A stretch of DNA of 63,554 bases, the filler included, from Atractiella rhizophila (lineage: Eukaryota): NCBI GenBank assembly GCA_021432655.1. It is 3 parts of 3 records of this genome, joined end to end, with 100 filler letters (N's around TTAATTAATTAA, not from the genome) between each part and the next. Parts side by side here need not be neighbours in the genome. Positions count along the whole stretch, not along the records: positions 60,792 to 63,554 come from MU271754.1; 2 more parts are not named here. The stretch is one strand, 5' to 3'. The notes below the pieces were generated by a model that saw only the letters and a program-made list of their open reading frames with translations, searched no databases and had not been told where the DNA came from. The translations under genes were made by a program, and so were the position numbers. Shown one piece after another: positions 63,324 to 63,554 of the stretch; the stretch's first letter is position 1; each line of letters starts with the position of its first letter.

Positions 63324-63554
63324 CTTTGTGCCTTTTATTGCGAAGGTAAAAGCTTGCGAAAGAGGAAGTGGGAGGGTCGACCTTTTATGTCCGCCTGCTG
63401 ACATATATGTACGAATCCAAGCAAGCAGGCTTTTCGCTCATCCGGAGTGGTCCTCAAAGCACCACATGCATATTGAGCACCTGAACAGCAGGAAATCTAA
63501 AGGACCCTTCACGGATTTATGAACCTCCATCCTGATCAGAACATTGAAAGAGGG

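Overview
Eukaryotic, intron-rich fungal DNA (short ~50-nt GT-AG introns; gene content suggests a basidiomycete), built from three contigs joined by artificial 100-nt spacers (N44-TTAATTAATTAA-N44) at 30334-30433 and 60692-60791. Most genes are housekeeping or metabolic: FAD monooxygenase, Herp/Usa1-like protein, Zn2Cys6 protein, PX/Lec1-family protein, esterase, two F-box proteins, FAD oxidases, TPT transporter, complex I 24-kDa subunit, BCKDH E2, GH5 EGCrP, an E2 enzyme, bHLH, Sip5, REEP, Cys2, two MFS transporters and Ubp14. The standout is a minus-strand gene at 9694->4366. Manual splicing of its first six exons gives a ~360-aa domain with the motif order I recognise from fungal (RCD-1/HET-Q1-type) gasdermin-like pore formers. 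This domain is fused in frame, with no NACHT/NB-ARC domain, to ~30 TPR-like 40-aa repeats, about 24 of which are near-identical 120-bp units in shuffled order. It is a candidate single-chain sensor-executioner cell-death/nonself-recognition protein. There is also a 1.94-kb near-perfect tandem duplication of the 5' end of the PX gene. All calls come from reading the sequence by eye; no database searches were run.
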